A stretch of 64,000 nucleotides of DNA from NCBI GenBank assembly GCA_041178425.1, contig JBEGVH010000030.1, positions 233,137-297,136 of the forward strand, read 5' to 3'. Below the pieces are notes generated by a model that was not told the origin of the DNA, made no database searches, and was given only the letters and a program-made list of their open reading frames with translations. Shown in pieces: positions 29,693-40,678 of the stretch; within the stretch, counting starts at the first letter, position 1; each line of letters opens with the position of its first letter. Made by a program: the position numbers and the translations under genes. The DNA is from Pseudomonadota bacterium (GTDB lineage Bacteria; Bdellovibrionota; Bdellovibrionia; Bdellovibrionales; Bdellovibrionaceae).

Positions 29693-30526
29693 TTAGATCC
29701 AACGATCAAAAAGCGATATGGCAATAGACATAATCGGTGCCGCAAAAAGCAAACCATCAATTCGATCTAGAACACCGCCATGACCTGGCATGATAGCCCC
29801 CGAATCCTTAACATTAGCCACGCGCTTCAAAAGAGATTCAAAGAAATCTCCCGATTGGGCAACGACCGAAATAAGGCTGGCCATTGCTAACCAAGCCGCT
29901 AAGGGTATACCGATGCTCGAACTCTGATGAATAACGAAAGCACAGAGAAGGGTCGACAAAAAGCCACCGATGGCACCTTCCCACGTTTTTTTGGGAGAGA
30001 TCGTTGGCAAAACGTGACGCTTTCCCATGGTTACACCAAACGCATAAGCGCCAACGTCGCCGGCGAAAACCATCATCAGCAGCGATAAAAACCACAAGCC
30101 ACCTTGATATTTAAAAAGCAAATCAATGAGCAAGGCTGGAAAAACCGCCAGGTATACCGTCACCAAGAGTGCTCGCCCCTGAAGATTTTGAAGAGTTTCG
30201 AGAGACTCCCCAGCACGCCACTGAACTGAGAGGGCTAAACCAACGGTCAAAGCCAAAATCAGAATATGAAACCGGTAGGGCTCCACAAAAAGAATCATCA
30301 AAAATAACCCGTAAATAAATACACCTAAGTAGTGTTTGAAATCTTTCGAAAGAGGAGACCAGTTAATAAGATTTAACCCCTCTCGAATAACCAAAATCTG
30401 GAGTAACAAGCACGCAATCACAATTCCGGAGATTCCAAAAAAGAGAAAGGTGGCGATGAGAATCCCTACTGCCGAAAGAGCTGAGACCACTCGAACCGCC
30501 AAATTCTTCATTCTTTCTGAAGTCAC
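29693..30526 (-). CDS. cdsA: Phosphatidate cytidylyltransferase
   Basis: ISPKKTWEG, GDFFES..KR...KDSG..MPGHGGVLDRID. Confidence 0.96.
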   Translation of the reverse strand: MTSERMKNLAVRVVSALSAVGILIATFLFFGISGIVIACLLLQILVIREGLNLINWSPLSKDFKHYLGVFIYGLFLMILFVEPYRFHILILALTVGLALSVQWRAGESLETLQNLQGRALLVTVYLAVFPALLIDLLFKYQGGLWFLSLLMMVFAGDVGAYAFGVTMGKRHVLPTISPKKTWEGAIGGFLSTLLCAFVIHQSSSIGIPLAAWLAMASLISVVAQSGDFFESLLKRVANVKDSGAIMPGHGGVLDRIDGLLFAAPIMSIAISLFDRWI

Positions 30527-31263
30527 TCCAGGCCTCCATGAATACTCGTAGCGATTATTTGTTCAGAAGTTTGTCCAAAACGACGCTCACGTTTTTTATA
30601 CGACTCAAGGGCCTTTTCAAAATCTATCACTTCAAAATCTGGCCAAAGGGTATTTGTAAAATATAGCTCCGAGTAAGCGGCCTGCCAGGTTAGAAAATTA
30701 GATAATCTAAGCTCACCACTGGTGCGAATAATAAGATCTGGGTCACCGACTGAGGTTTTGAGCAATAATTCAGAAACGATTTCTTCGTTGATGTCTTGGG
30801 CTGATAATTTAGAGTTCTTCACCTGATAAGCCAACTCACGCATGACTTGAACCAATTCTTGGCGCCCGCCATAGTTGAGCGCAAAAGTTAGATTCATTCC
30901 CGTATTGGCTTTTGAGGCCTCAATTGTTAGTTCAATTTCTTCGATCACAGGCGCGGGTAAGTCCTTATATTGGCCTATGACATTAAAGCGGATATTTTGT
31001 TTTACAAGTAAATGGCGCTCACGATGAAGATAGCGTTTCAATAAACGCATTAAGAAGTTTACTTCTTCAGCGGGCCGCCCCCAATTCTCCGTGGAGAAGG
31101 CATAAAGCGTGAGATCTTTGATTCCGAGCTCGACTGATCTAGAAATTATTTTTTTAGCGACTCGTGCACCTTTGATATGCCCAAAAATACGAGGGCGACG
31201 GCGTTCTTTCGCCCATCGCCCATTTCCATCCATAATAATTGCAATATGGCCTGGCAAGTTCAC
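30523..31263 (-). CDS. uppS: Undecaprenyl diphosphate synthase
   Basis: HIAIIMDGNGRWA, YAFSTENW, RTSGELRLSNF, RRFG. Confidence 0.97.
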   Translation of the reverse strand: MNLPGHIAIIMDGNGRWAKERRRPRIFGHIKGARVAKKIISRSVELGIKDLTLYAFSTENWGRPAEEVNFLMRLLKRYLHRERHLLVKQNIRFNVIGQYKDLPAPVIEEIELTIEASKANTGMNLTFALNYGGRQELVQVMRELAYQVKNSKLSAQDINEEIVSELLLKTSVGDPDLIIRTSGELRLSNFLTWQAAYSELYFTNTLWPDFEVIDFEKALESYKKRERRFGQTSEQIIATSIHGGLE

Positions 31264-31269
31264 AAGATC

Positions 31270-31827
31270 CTAGATCGTCATGATGCTTTTTTCTTTTTCG
31301 TCAGAAACAGCATCTACTTTTTTAATGTAGTCGTCGGTCAGTTTTTGAACCTCAGCTTCTGATTTTTTATTCTCGTCTTCACTGATCGCTTTATCTTTTA
31401 AAGCCTTTTTAGTGATTTCGTTAGCATCTCGGCGAGCCATACGGATAGCTACCTTTGCTTCTTCAACGATTTTCTTTGTTTGCTTAACGAGGTCTTTACG
31501 ACGTTCTTCAGTCAAATCTGGAACTTTTAAACGAATAACTTTTCCGTCATTCATTGGTGTCATTCCAATATCGCTCTTGATGATCGAAGATTCGATCTCT
31601 TTCAATATAGAAGCTTCCCAAGGAGCAATCAAAAAGGATTTCGCATCGGGAGTTGAAATCGCTGCAACCTGAGAGAGCGGAGTCAAAGTTCCGTAGTAGT
31701 TTACGCGCACAGAATCCAACATCGAGACTTGAGCACGACCAGTACGAATCTTTTTGAGTTCGTTATTAAGAGCAACAAGGCTCTTTTCCATTTTATCTTG
31801 AGTTTCTTTTTTTAAGTTCGCCAGCAT
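31270..31827 (-). CDS. frr: Ribosome recycling factor
   Basis: IRTGRA, LTEERRKDL; position after pyrH. Confidence 0.97.
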   Translation of the reverse strand: MLANLKKETQDKMEKSLVALNNELKKIRTGRAQVSMLDSVRVNYYGTLTPLSQVAAISTPDAKSFLIAPWEASILKEIESSIIKSDIGMTPMNDGKVIRLKVPDLTEERRKDLVKQTKKIVEEAKVAIRMARRDANEITKKALKDKAISEDENKKSEAEVQKLTDDYIKKVDAVSDEKEKSIMTI

Positions 31828-31838
31828 GGCCCCTCCTA

Positions 31839-33502
<1,664 letters not shown>

Positions 33503-33633
33503 GATTATCTCCTAGAAAGACCCATTATAGTAGGACACTCAGCATCCTCTGGCGGCCCGACTAGGCCGCCACAACGGGATTTGAATAATTTAAGGGTTTA
33601 AATGAAATATAAAATCTGTCGCCAAAGACCGAC

Positions 33634-34563
33634 TTATTCAGCTGAATCAGTCGTAGTCTCTTGGTTTTCCAATTCGGCTTCGATCTCAATTTTTTCAGCA
33701 AGACCGGCAGCAACAAGCTTTCTTTGTTTTTGAACTTTAACAACTTGTGGACCTGCCGCTGGTGCTTTTTCTTCTTTTTCTTTTCTGCCTGGACGAGCGC
33801 GACGCTTTTCAACTGGAGCTTCTTTGTCTTCAGCTTTAACGTCAGAGGCTTTATCAGTTTGAGTGCGAAGTTTTGATTCGTACTCTTTAGCACCTTCGAG
33901 GTAGGCTTCGGCAACAAGGTTAGAGAACAATTTGATTGAACGAATAGCATCGTCATTACCTGGAATTGGGTAATCAATCACTTCTGGGTTTGAGTTAGTA
34001 TCGGCGATACCAATAACTGGGATGCCAAGACGTTTTGCTTCAGCAACAGCGATGTGTTCCTTCACAAGATCAACGACAAAAAGAGCCTTTGGAGTTTCTT
34101 TAAGGTCGCGTATACCATTTAGGTATTCAGACAATTTTACGTATTCTTTTTCGATACCAAAACGTTCTTTTTTAGTGAAAAACTCAAGCTCGCCTTTTTC
34201 GCGCATTTGATCGATCTTTTTAAGACGGTCGATGCTTGATTTAATTGTTTCAAAGTTTGTAAGGGTTCCACCCAACCAACGCTTAGTTACATAGTATTGG
34301 CCAGATTTTTGGGCCGCTTCTTGAACAGGCTCAATAGCTTGTTTTTTCGTTCCTACAAAAATCATTTTTCCGCCATCAGCTGCGATCGTCTTTACGAACT
34401 CAGCCGCTTTATTAGCGCGAACAACTGACTTTTGAAGGTTGATAATGTGGATACCGCCGCGAGCCGTGTAAACATAAGGCTTCATCTTTGGGTTCCAGCG
34501 TTGTGTTTGGTGTCCAAAGTGTACACCAGCATCCAACATTTCTTTCATCGTAACTTGTGCCAT
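33634..34563 (-). CDS. rpsB: 30S ribosomal protein S2 with charged C-terminal extension
   Basis: [34 protein letters not shown]. Confidence 0.98.
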   Translation of the reverse strand: MAQVTMKEMLDAGVHFGHQTQRWNPKMKPYVYTARGGIHIINLQKSVVRANKAAEFVKTIAADGGKMIFVGTKKQAIEPVQEAAQKSGQYYVTKRWLGGTLTNFETIKSSIDRLKKIDQMREKGELEFFTKKERFGIEKEYVKLSEYLNGIRDLKETPKALFVVDLVKEHIAVAEAKRLGIPVIGIADTNSNPEVIDYPIPGNDDAIRSIKLFSNLVAEAYLEGAKEYESKLRTQTDKASDVKAEDKEAPVEKRRARPGRKEKEEKAPAAGPQVVKVQKQRKLVAAGLAEKIEIEAELENQETTTDSAE

Positions 34564-34660
34564 GGTTTTCTCCTTCTGGTTAAACCGCCTTCTCTGCAGG
34601 GACCGCTCTCACGGTAGAGCCCTCTTATGAGGGACCAGAATGTGCAAAAAAGTGTGTTAT
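34564..34660 (-). promoter_or_regulatory. Probable rpsB 5' leader (S2 autoregulation)
   Basis: About 95-nt structured leader starting CACAC, preceded by a TTGCTT-N17-TATCAA candidate promoter. Function inferred from position only. Confidence 0.4.
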
Positions 34661-34920
34661 TGTTGAACGAGCTTGATATCACGCCCCATAGCACAAAAGC
34701 AACACTTGAATTTTATTGGATTCTGCGGAGATCGCGAAATAATAGCATAAATGGAACTGAAGCCGCATCTATCTGTAATTACTTGTCTAAATAGATTACC
34801 ACTAGAGAGGTAGCCAAGTCGGCCCTCTAACCTCGAGATTCTTCCCTCGTGAACATCCATACACTCCAGAGAAAACTGTTTCTAAATGGCACATTGATGG
34901 AATCTCCCTCTTCAAACCTC

Positions 34921-34948
34921 TAAAGCCTTTGGAGAATAAAACCGATGA
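34921..34948 (+). promoter_or_regulatory. Probable sigma28 promoter of the fibre gene
   Basis: TAAAG...ACCGATGA with 16 nt between TAAA and the -10 octamer, just upstream of ATG 34963. Confidence 0.55.
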
Positions 34949-34962
34949 GATTATAGGTATTT

Positions 34963-37671
34963 ATGAGGATAATTGGAATCGCAATACTAGCTCTAATCTG
35001 CCTCCTTAACTCCGGCTTCGCCGCGGACTATGGCATTACTTACCAGGGACGAATTCTCAATAACCGGAATGAACCCCTGATTGCAGCGAATGTGAATTTT
35101 ACCCTCCGAATAACCGACAGAGATCCGAATTGCATTCTTTACTCAGAAGCATTCGCCGTGAACATGAGCGATGGAACCGGAGGCTTTTCCATCATCGTGG
35201 GCAAGGGCACCCCAACAACGCCTCTAGGCTTACCCTTTTCACAGGTTTTTAATCCTCGCTTTACTTATACAACGGGTACAGGCTGCTCGAATAAAACTAT
35301 CAAGCAACCCTCCGAAGGACTTTATCTTCAAGTCTATTTCGATGATGGCTCTGGCCCGCAGACGCTGCAACCTATTGAAATATCAGCAACCCCATATGCC
35401 ATGGATACAATAAATGTCGGTGGAGTCTCGAGCGAGAAGGTCATTTTCGATGGCGGTAACTCGTCCCAAAGCTCAATTTCGATGGGCACAAAAGAGAATT
35501 TTGAACTGAACCTATTGGCCAATAATCAGACGATCATGAGCCTTTTTCCTAATGGCCGAGTGGGACTAGGGACCGTTAGCCCGCAGAGCCAACTCGATAT
35601 TAACGGCTCCTTGAGGGTCGGAACCGATGACTCAACTTGCACTCAGCTCAATGGCGGAGCGATTCGACTCAACTCAAATGTTTTGGAGTATTGCAACAGT
35701 ACAAGCTGGACAGCACTCTCTGCGGCAGGATCAGGCCTCTTGAGCTTAAATGGCCTCACATCGAACATTCAAGAAATAAAAATTGGTAGTTCCGGTACAA
35801 GTCCCAGTTTAGCATCATCGGCATCAACTCATACTTTAAATCTACCCTTGGCCTCGACATCGAACGTAACAGCAGGCCTCATCAGCAAGGCTGACTACGA
35901 TAACTTTTCTTCAAAGCTTTCAGGATCGACCAATCTCGGTGGAGACGTTAGAGGGGCCATTGGCTTAACAATAGTTGAAAAAATTCAAGGTCGCACTGTT
36001 TCCTCCGCAACTCCTAACGAAGGTCAAACACTGATCTGGGATCAGGCGAACACTTCTTGGCAACCACAGTTCTTGAGAGCTCAAGATCTTCGAACCGCTT
36101 GGGGAGGAACTCAACTCATTCCTTTAGCGCCGTGCTCAGCCGGAGAAGCCATGGTTTGGAATGCACTAAGCGACCGATTCATCTGTCAAACTATATCGAT
36201 TGATGCCTCTAAAATAACCAGCGGCACTATTAACTCTGCTCGCTTGCCGGCTAAACAATTTTCGATTATCACGACCAACTCTTACAATCTCAGCTCCAGC
36301 GACAACACTATTCTTGTTAACTCTTCGGGCACATCAAATATCAACTTGCCAGTGGCATCGACTGTGGCTGGTCGTGAATACTGCATCAAAAATAAAACCT
36401 CTCATCCTGTCACGATCTATGCAGCGAATGGTGAGTCGATAGATGGCTCACCATCCACTAGTTTGCTTTCCCAATATCAATTTGTAATTCTTCTGTCCGA
36501 CGGCCTCGGTTGGAATATCGTAGGATCCAATTCTGGAGCTGCGAGTGTTCGAGTCACTTTCACCGATGTCACAGGCGCAAATTTAAACTCATTAGTAACT
36601 TCTTCCTCCATTACATCTAATGGTGTCGGAACCGTGCCAATAAGTATTGCCGGAACGGGCAACCCTGAATTCTCAGTCAATGGGGGCAACTGGAGTACAT
36701 CTTCAAATATTACGGCAGGAAATACGATTCAACTCAGGCTAACAAGCTCAACAACTCCTCTCACGTCGACTTCGGCCACCATATGGATTGGTGCTAGTGC
36801 CATCACATGGACCGTCACGACCTCCAATCAAATCAATATAATCGAAAGTGGATCTATCAGAAATTGGTCCGATGGCTCCTACGCAGCTAATTGCAACAGC
36901 TATAAAAACCCCTCAGGAATCTATACCTATGTGGGCTCAACAGGCGATGGCACTTATCGCATCACCACTAACGGAGAAACATTCGATGTTTATTGCGACA
37001 TGACCACCGATGGCGGAGGCTGGACTCACGTTGGAACCATTTCGGATAAGAACGAGAGCCCCAATTCAGCCCAACACATTTGGGGAACACCACTAAATGC
37101 AGCTCAAGACTCAGGACTGTGGCAAAGTAGCTCTACCGTTGGAACACTCTCTCTGACCGATGACTTCAAAAGCAAAGCGTGGTCGAAAGTGCCCTTCACA
37201 CAACTTAACATTAAAGACTCCGGCACAACTAAGAGAAATCTCCTCATTACAAACCCTGGCGCTATTTCTTCGAATAACTCTTCTCTCGCCAGTTGGTTTG
37301 GAAGCCTCCAATGGGCGGCATCTGGAAGTGACTATTCTGACTCTGCCGTTGCTTCGGGCAGAGTTAAGTCCGTTGGGATTTCAACTTTCGGAATTGCTGA
37401 CCCAGTGCTAGAGGCAAGCGCCAAAACAGTATTACTTTTTAAATTTGGAGAAGCAGATGGAACTCAAGATACTAATAAAGACCGATGTATGATTAATTGG
37501 CAGCGGGCCAACCAACACGATAATGTCGATTTACCTACGGGATTAGGTTGCTTAAATGGAAACGCAGGAACCCTTCTCTACAGGGATATAGTTCCATATT
37601 CAAATGCGAACGATACAATCCCCAGTTCAATTTCGAGCACCCCGCTCAATTACAGTCTTTGGGTTCGATAA
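34963..37671 (+). CDS. Secreted mosaic fibre/adhesin with fibrinogen-like C-terminal module
   Basis: Signal peptide, ITYQGRIL N-domain, GRVGLGTVSPQSQLDING and LEYCNSTSW shaft motifs, phage-fibre-like INLP...GESIDG module, FDVYCDMTTDGGGWT. Confidence 0.8.
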   Translation: MRIIGIAILALICLLNSGFAADYGITYQGRILNNRNEPLIAANVNFTLRITDRDPNCILYSEAFAVNMSDGTGGFSIIVGKGTPTTPLGLPFSQVFNPRFTYTTGTGCSNKTIKQPSEGLYLQVYFDDGSGPQTLQPIEISATPYAMDTINVGGVSSEKVIFDGGNSSQSSISMGTKENFELNLLANNQTIMSLFPNGRVGLGTVSPQSQLDINGSLRVGTDDSTCTQLNGGAIRLNSNVLEYCNSTSWTALSAAGSGLLSLNGLTSNIQEIKIGSSGTSPSLASSASTHTLNLPLASTSNVTAGLISKADYDNFSSKLSGSTNLGGDVRGAIGLTIVEKIQGRTVSSATPNEGQTLIWDQANTSWQPQFLRAQDLRTAWGGTQLIPLAPCSAGEAMVWNALSDRFICQTISIDASKITSGTINSARLPAKQFSIITTNSYNLSSSDNTILVNSSGTSNINLPVASTVAGREYCIKNKTSHPVTIYAANGESIDGSPSTSLLSQYQFVILLSDGLGWNIVGSNSGAASVRVTFTDVTGANLNSLVTSSSITSNGVGTVPISIAGTGNPEFSVNGGNWSTSSNITAGNTIQLRLTSSTTPLTSTSATIWIGASAITWTVTTSNQINIIESGSIRNWSDGSYAANCNSYKNPSGIYTYVGSTGDGTYRITTNGETFDVYCDMTTDGGGWTHVGTISDKNESPNSAQHIWGTPLNAAQDSGLWQSSSTVGTLSLTDDFKSKAWSKVPFTQLNIKDSGTTKRNLLITNPGAISSNNSSLASWFGSLQWAASGSDYSDSAVASGRVKSVGISTFGIADPVLEASAKTVLLFKFGEADGTQDTNKDRCMINWQRANQHDNVDLPTGLGCLNGNAGTLLYRDIVPYSNANDTIPSSISSTPLNYSLWVR

Positions 37672-37684
37672 TAAGCATTAAACC

Positions 37685-38827
37685 CTAAACGCCCAACAAC
37701 TCGGCCTCAGCCACCACAGAATCCTTCGCAAAATGATTGGCTACATTGATACCTTGATGAATAGCCCCAACGATATTTCTGCCGTTGGAAGAAGTTCCGT
37801 GAGCAAGCCAGAGGTTCTCGATTCCGGCAAAAGCCCCTTTTTTATCGAATTTCAAATCAAGTTCAGCCTCAGCGAATGGTGCGACCAAAATTCTTTCGGA
37901 ATAAATCTTTTCCATCGCTTCGGGATAGGCTCGCTTAATTTGTCGTTTAATTTTTTTGAGAATCGAGCCAATTACTTCTGGATCTTCACTGGCCTCGTTT
38001 TCAACAAAGGTCATCCATTGAGAGTGCTGCAACAAATCTCCATTGAGTTTATCCGAAGGCGCTGCCGGATGAAAAAGCCCTACACAAGGACCGATTTCAT
38101 CTTGAGTGGTTCCATTCAGGAGATGTAGTTCCGAGCGATTAGACACCTCACCATGAAAAAAGAGATCCAAACCGAGCGCCGTCCAATAATCAGCCTTAGA
38201 AATTTTTTGCTTCGCCCGCGCCGAAAGAACATCGTCACTTAAAAGAGTAGCAAGTAACTTCGGAGAGGCCGCATGAATAAATTGGCGCCCATTGATTTGC
38301 TTTTGGCCGTTAACCATGACCGACTGAATTGTGTCTCCTTGACCCAAATATTTGGTAACGATCGAAGCCGGGTAAAATCTCTCACCCAATTGAGAGGCCA
38401 AATCAGCCACGATTAACCCTAAATTTCTAGAAGTCTCAAAGCGACGTGGTTCGAGAAAATAAGAAAGTTCTCGATGAAAATCGGGCGCATCTTTACCAAA
38501 CCCAACAAACGGCTTTAGGTCGCCATTATGATAAGTGATAGGACCATTCTCTACCGAGCCCCACTCAATGGGATGAGTCAATAATGGATTGAGCTTTTCT
38601 AGGGCAGCGATGGTATCTTGGTTGTCCGGAAAAAACTTAATTCCATTATCTACGAGTCCGACAGGTGAGTAAACAGAGCGCGAATGTCCACCGGCAAACT
38701 CAGTGCTCTCGAGCACACAAACATCAATTCCCTTTTTTATCAAAGAGACCGCCGCCACCAAGCCTGGCAAACCCGCGCCAACAACCACAACATCGTAGAT
38801 ATGATCTTTTTTTCTAATATGATTCAT
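37685..38827 (-). CDS. FAD-dependent oxidoreductase
   Basis: YDVVVVGAGLPGL...VLE....GG dinucleotide-binding motif. Confidence 0.8.
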   Translation of the reverse strand: MNHIRKKDHIYDVVVVGAGLPGLVAAVSLIKKGIDVCVLESTEFAGGHSRSVYSPVGLVDNGIKFFPDNQDTIAALEKLNPLLTHPIEWGSVENGPITYHNGDLKPFVGFGKDAPDFHRELSYFLEPRRFETSRNLGLIVADLASQLGERFYPASIVTKYLGQGDTIQSVMVNGQKQINGRQFIHAASPKLLATLLSDDVLSARAKQKISKADYWTALGLDLFFHGEVSNRSELHLLNGTTQDEIGPCVGLFHPAAPSDKLNGDLLQHSQWMTFVENEASEDPEVIGSILKKIKRQIKRAYPEAMEKIYSERILVAPFAEAELDLKFDKKGAFAGIENLWLAHGTSSNGRNIVGAIHQGINVANHFAKDSVVAEAELLGV

Positions 38828-39102
38828 AAGCCCTAAAATCTAAAACAACCGCCCAGTTTGCAAGGACTTTGCGCGAGACTCGTCGCCCCAGCTCATTATT
38901 GTTACCCAGTGTCAATCGGCCCTTCAACCCAGGAAGCCTGGTTCAGAGAATAAGTCCGAGAGAGGCCCTCATACGTAATTTTCTGAATAGAATAAAAAAG
39001 ATTTATGCTATTGCCTAGAATTGAACGTGTCGGTTTTCACTTTACGAGATTATCGCCATCGACCAAAATGGAAGGGCGCTTATCGCTAAAATTGGAGATC
39101 AA

Positions 39103-40137
39103 ATGAATTCAGTTTTGTTTCGAGTTCTGATAATAATTTTTTTTGCTTCATCAACAAGCTGGGGAAAAACCTCTATGAACCAATCAAATGGCAATAAATT
39201 CAATAAACCCGCTCTTGACGTGCTCAAAAAACGCCTCACTCCAGAGCAATACTCCTGCACACAAGAAGAGGGAACTGAACGCCCCTTTCACAACAAATAC
39301 TGGGATAACAAAGCCGATGGTATTTATGTTGATGTCGTCAGCGGAGAACCTCTCTTTAGCTCTATCGACAAGTATGATTCTGGATCAGGATGGCCTAGTT
39401 TTACAAAACCTCTCGACCTCAACCAACTCCACCTAAAAAAAGACATGAAACTTGGTATTGAAAGAACAGAGGTTCGCTCTTCGGGTGCCGATTCGCATCT
39501 CGGCCACGTCTTTGATGATGGCCCAAGCGATGCTGGCGGAAAACGCTACTGTATCAATTCCGCCTCTCTCGATTTTATTCCGGTCGAAAAACTAAAGGAA
39601 AAAAACCTAGGGCACCTGCTCTTTCTCTTTGCCAGCAAAAAAGGTTGGGAAACAGCGACGCTCGCTGGAGGGTGCTTTTGGGGCGTCGAAGAACTACTAC
39701 GATCACAGCCAGGTGTGATCGAAACCATGGTTGGCTATACCGGGGGCAAGTCAGAGCAACCTACCTATAATCTCGTTAAAACAGGTGCGTCTGGTCACGC
39801 CGAAGCCGTAAGAATTCTCTTTGATCCAAAAAAGTTCAGTTATGAAAACTTGCTGATTTTATTTTTTAAACTTCACGACCCTACCACTCAAAACCGACAA
39901 GGTAACGATATTGGAACCCAATATCGATCTGCTATTTTCTTCGAAACAGAAGACCAACACATCGTTGCCGAAAAAGTTCGAGCGCGCGTCGACAAATCGG
40001 GAGCTTGGAAAAAGCCCGTCGTCACCGAAGTGACGAAAGCCTCCCCATTCTGGCGGGCCGAGGAATACCACCAAAAATATCTCCAGAAAGATCCCGGTGG
40101 ATACACCTGCCACTTTGTGCGTGATCTGAAATTTTAG
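39103..40137 (+). CDS. msrBA: Bifunctional methionine sulfoxide reductase MsrB-MsrA with probable signal peptide
   Basis: MsrB: GTERPF, GWPSF, HLGHVF.DGP, RYCINS. Msr[28 protein letters not shown]. Confidence 0.95.
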   Translation: MNSVLFRVLIIIFFASSTSWGKTSMNQSNGNKFNKPALDVLKKRLTPEQYSCTQEEGTERPFHNKYWDNKADGIYVDVVSGEPLFSSIDKYDSGSGWPSFTKPLDLNQLHLKKDMKLGIERTEVRSSGADSHLGHVFDDGPSDAGGKRYCINSASLDFIPVEKLKEKNLGHLLFLFASKKGWETATLAGGCFWGVEELLRSQPGVIETMVGYTGGKSEQPTYNLVKTGASGHAEAVRILFDPKKFSYENLLILFFKLHDPTTQNRQGNDIGTQYRSAIFFETEDQHIVAEKVRARVDKSGAWKKPVVTEVTKASPFWRAEEYHQKYLQKDPGGYTCHFVRDLKF

Positions 40138-40649
40138 TGGTGCCCACCGTGCGAGGCTTCCTCTTTGGGGGCCGCTTCTTTCTTGGCCGTTTCAGAGGGC
40201 GGTAGCTGAGGAAGTTTCATTTTCTTTAACATGAGTTCTCGAGCGAGTTTTTTAAAAAAGGCCGGAACTCGCGCCTTCTTTTTATGAGCCTCTGCCTCTT
40301 TCACTAATTTAAGAACAATGCCGGTAGTTGGCACCCATTCAACCAATCGCTGGGCGATCCCGTCGGCGCGCTCCTGATATTTCTCATTAGCTTCGTAGAG
40401 TCTAACTAAATCCCAGTAGACCATGATCAAAACAGACAGCTCTGTTTCAAGGGCCGGTGTCTTGAAGGACTGGGAGGTGAGACTTTCAATGGACACATTA
40501 AAAACCGTCTCAAAGATTTTAAGGTATTTTTCGTAGACAACAATCGCTTCAGCAAAATGCTTTTCACGAACCAACTGCCGAGCTTTCTTTACCAGCAAGA
40601 TTCTTCCTTGCCAAAGTTCGAGTTTTTCTTTTGCTTCATGGTCGCTCAT
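40134..40649 (-). CDS. Helical (TPR-like) hypothetical protein
   Basis: 171-aa ORF downstream of pri[13 protein letters not shown] helix. Confidence 0.65.
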   Translation of the reverse strand: MSDHEAKEKLELWQGRILLVKKARQLVREKHFAEAIVVYEKYLKIFETVFNVSIESLTSQSFKTPALETELSVLIMVYWDLVRLYEANEKYQERADGIAQRLVEWVPTTGIVLKLVKEAEAHKKKARVPAFFKKLARELMLKKMKLPQLPPSETAKKEAAPKEEASHGGHH

Positions 40650-40678
40650 AGCTCACAGTTTACCAACTGCTGAATAGG

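Noticed and set aside
34963..37671. Prophage tail-fibre gene
   Set aside because: It has a Sec signal peptide and a host-type promoter and no neighbouring phage genes.
38828..39102. Riboswitch or ncRNA in the divergent intergenic region
   Set aside because: No recognisable aptamer motif or strong structure by eye; an Rfam search would be needed.
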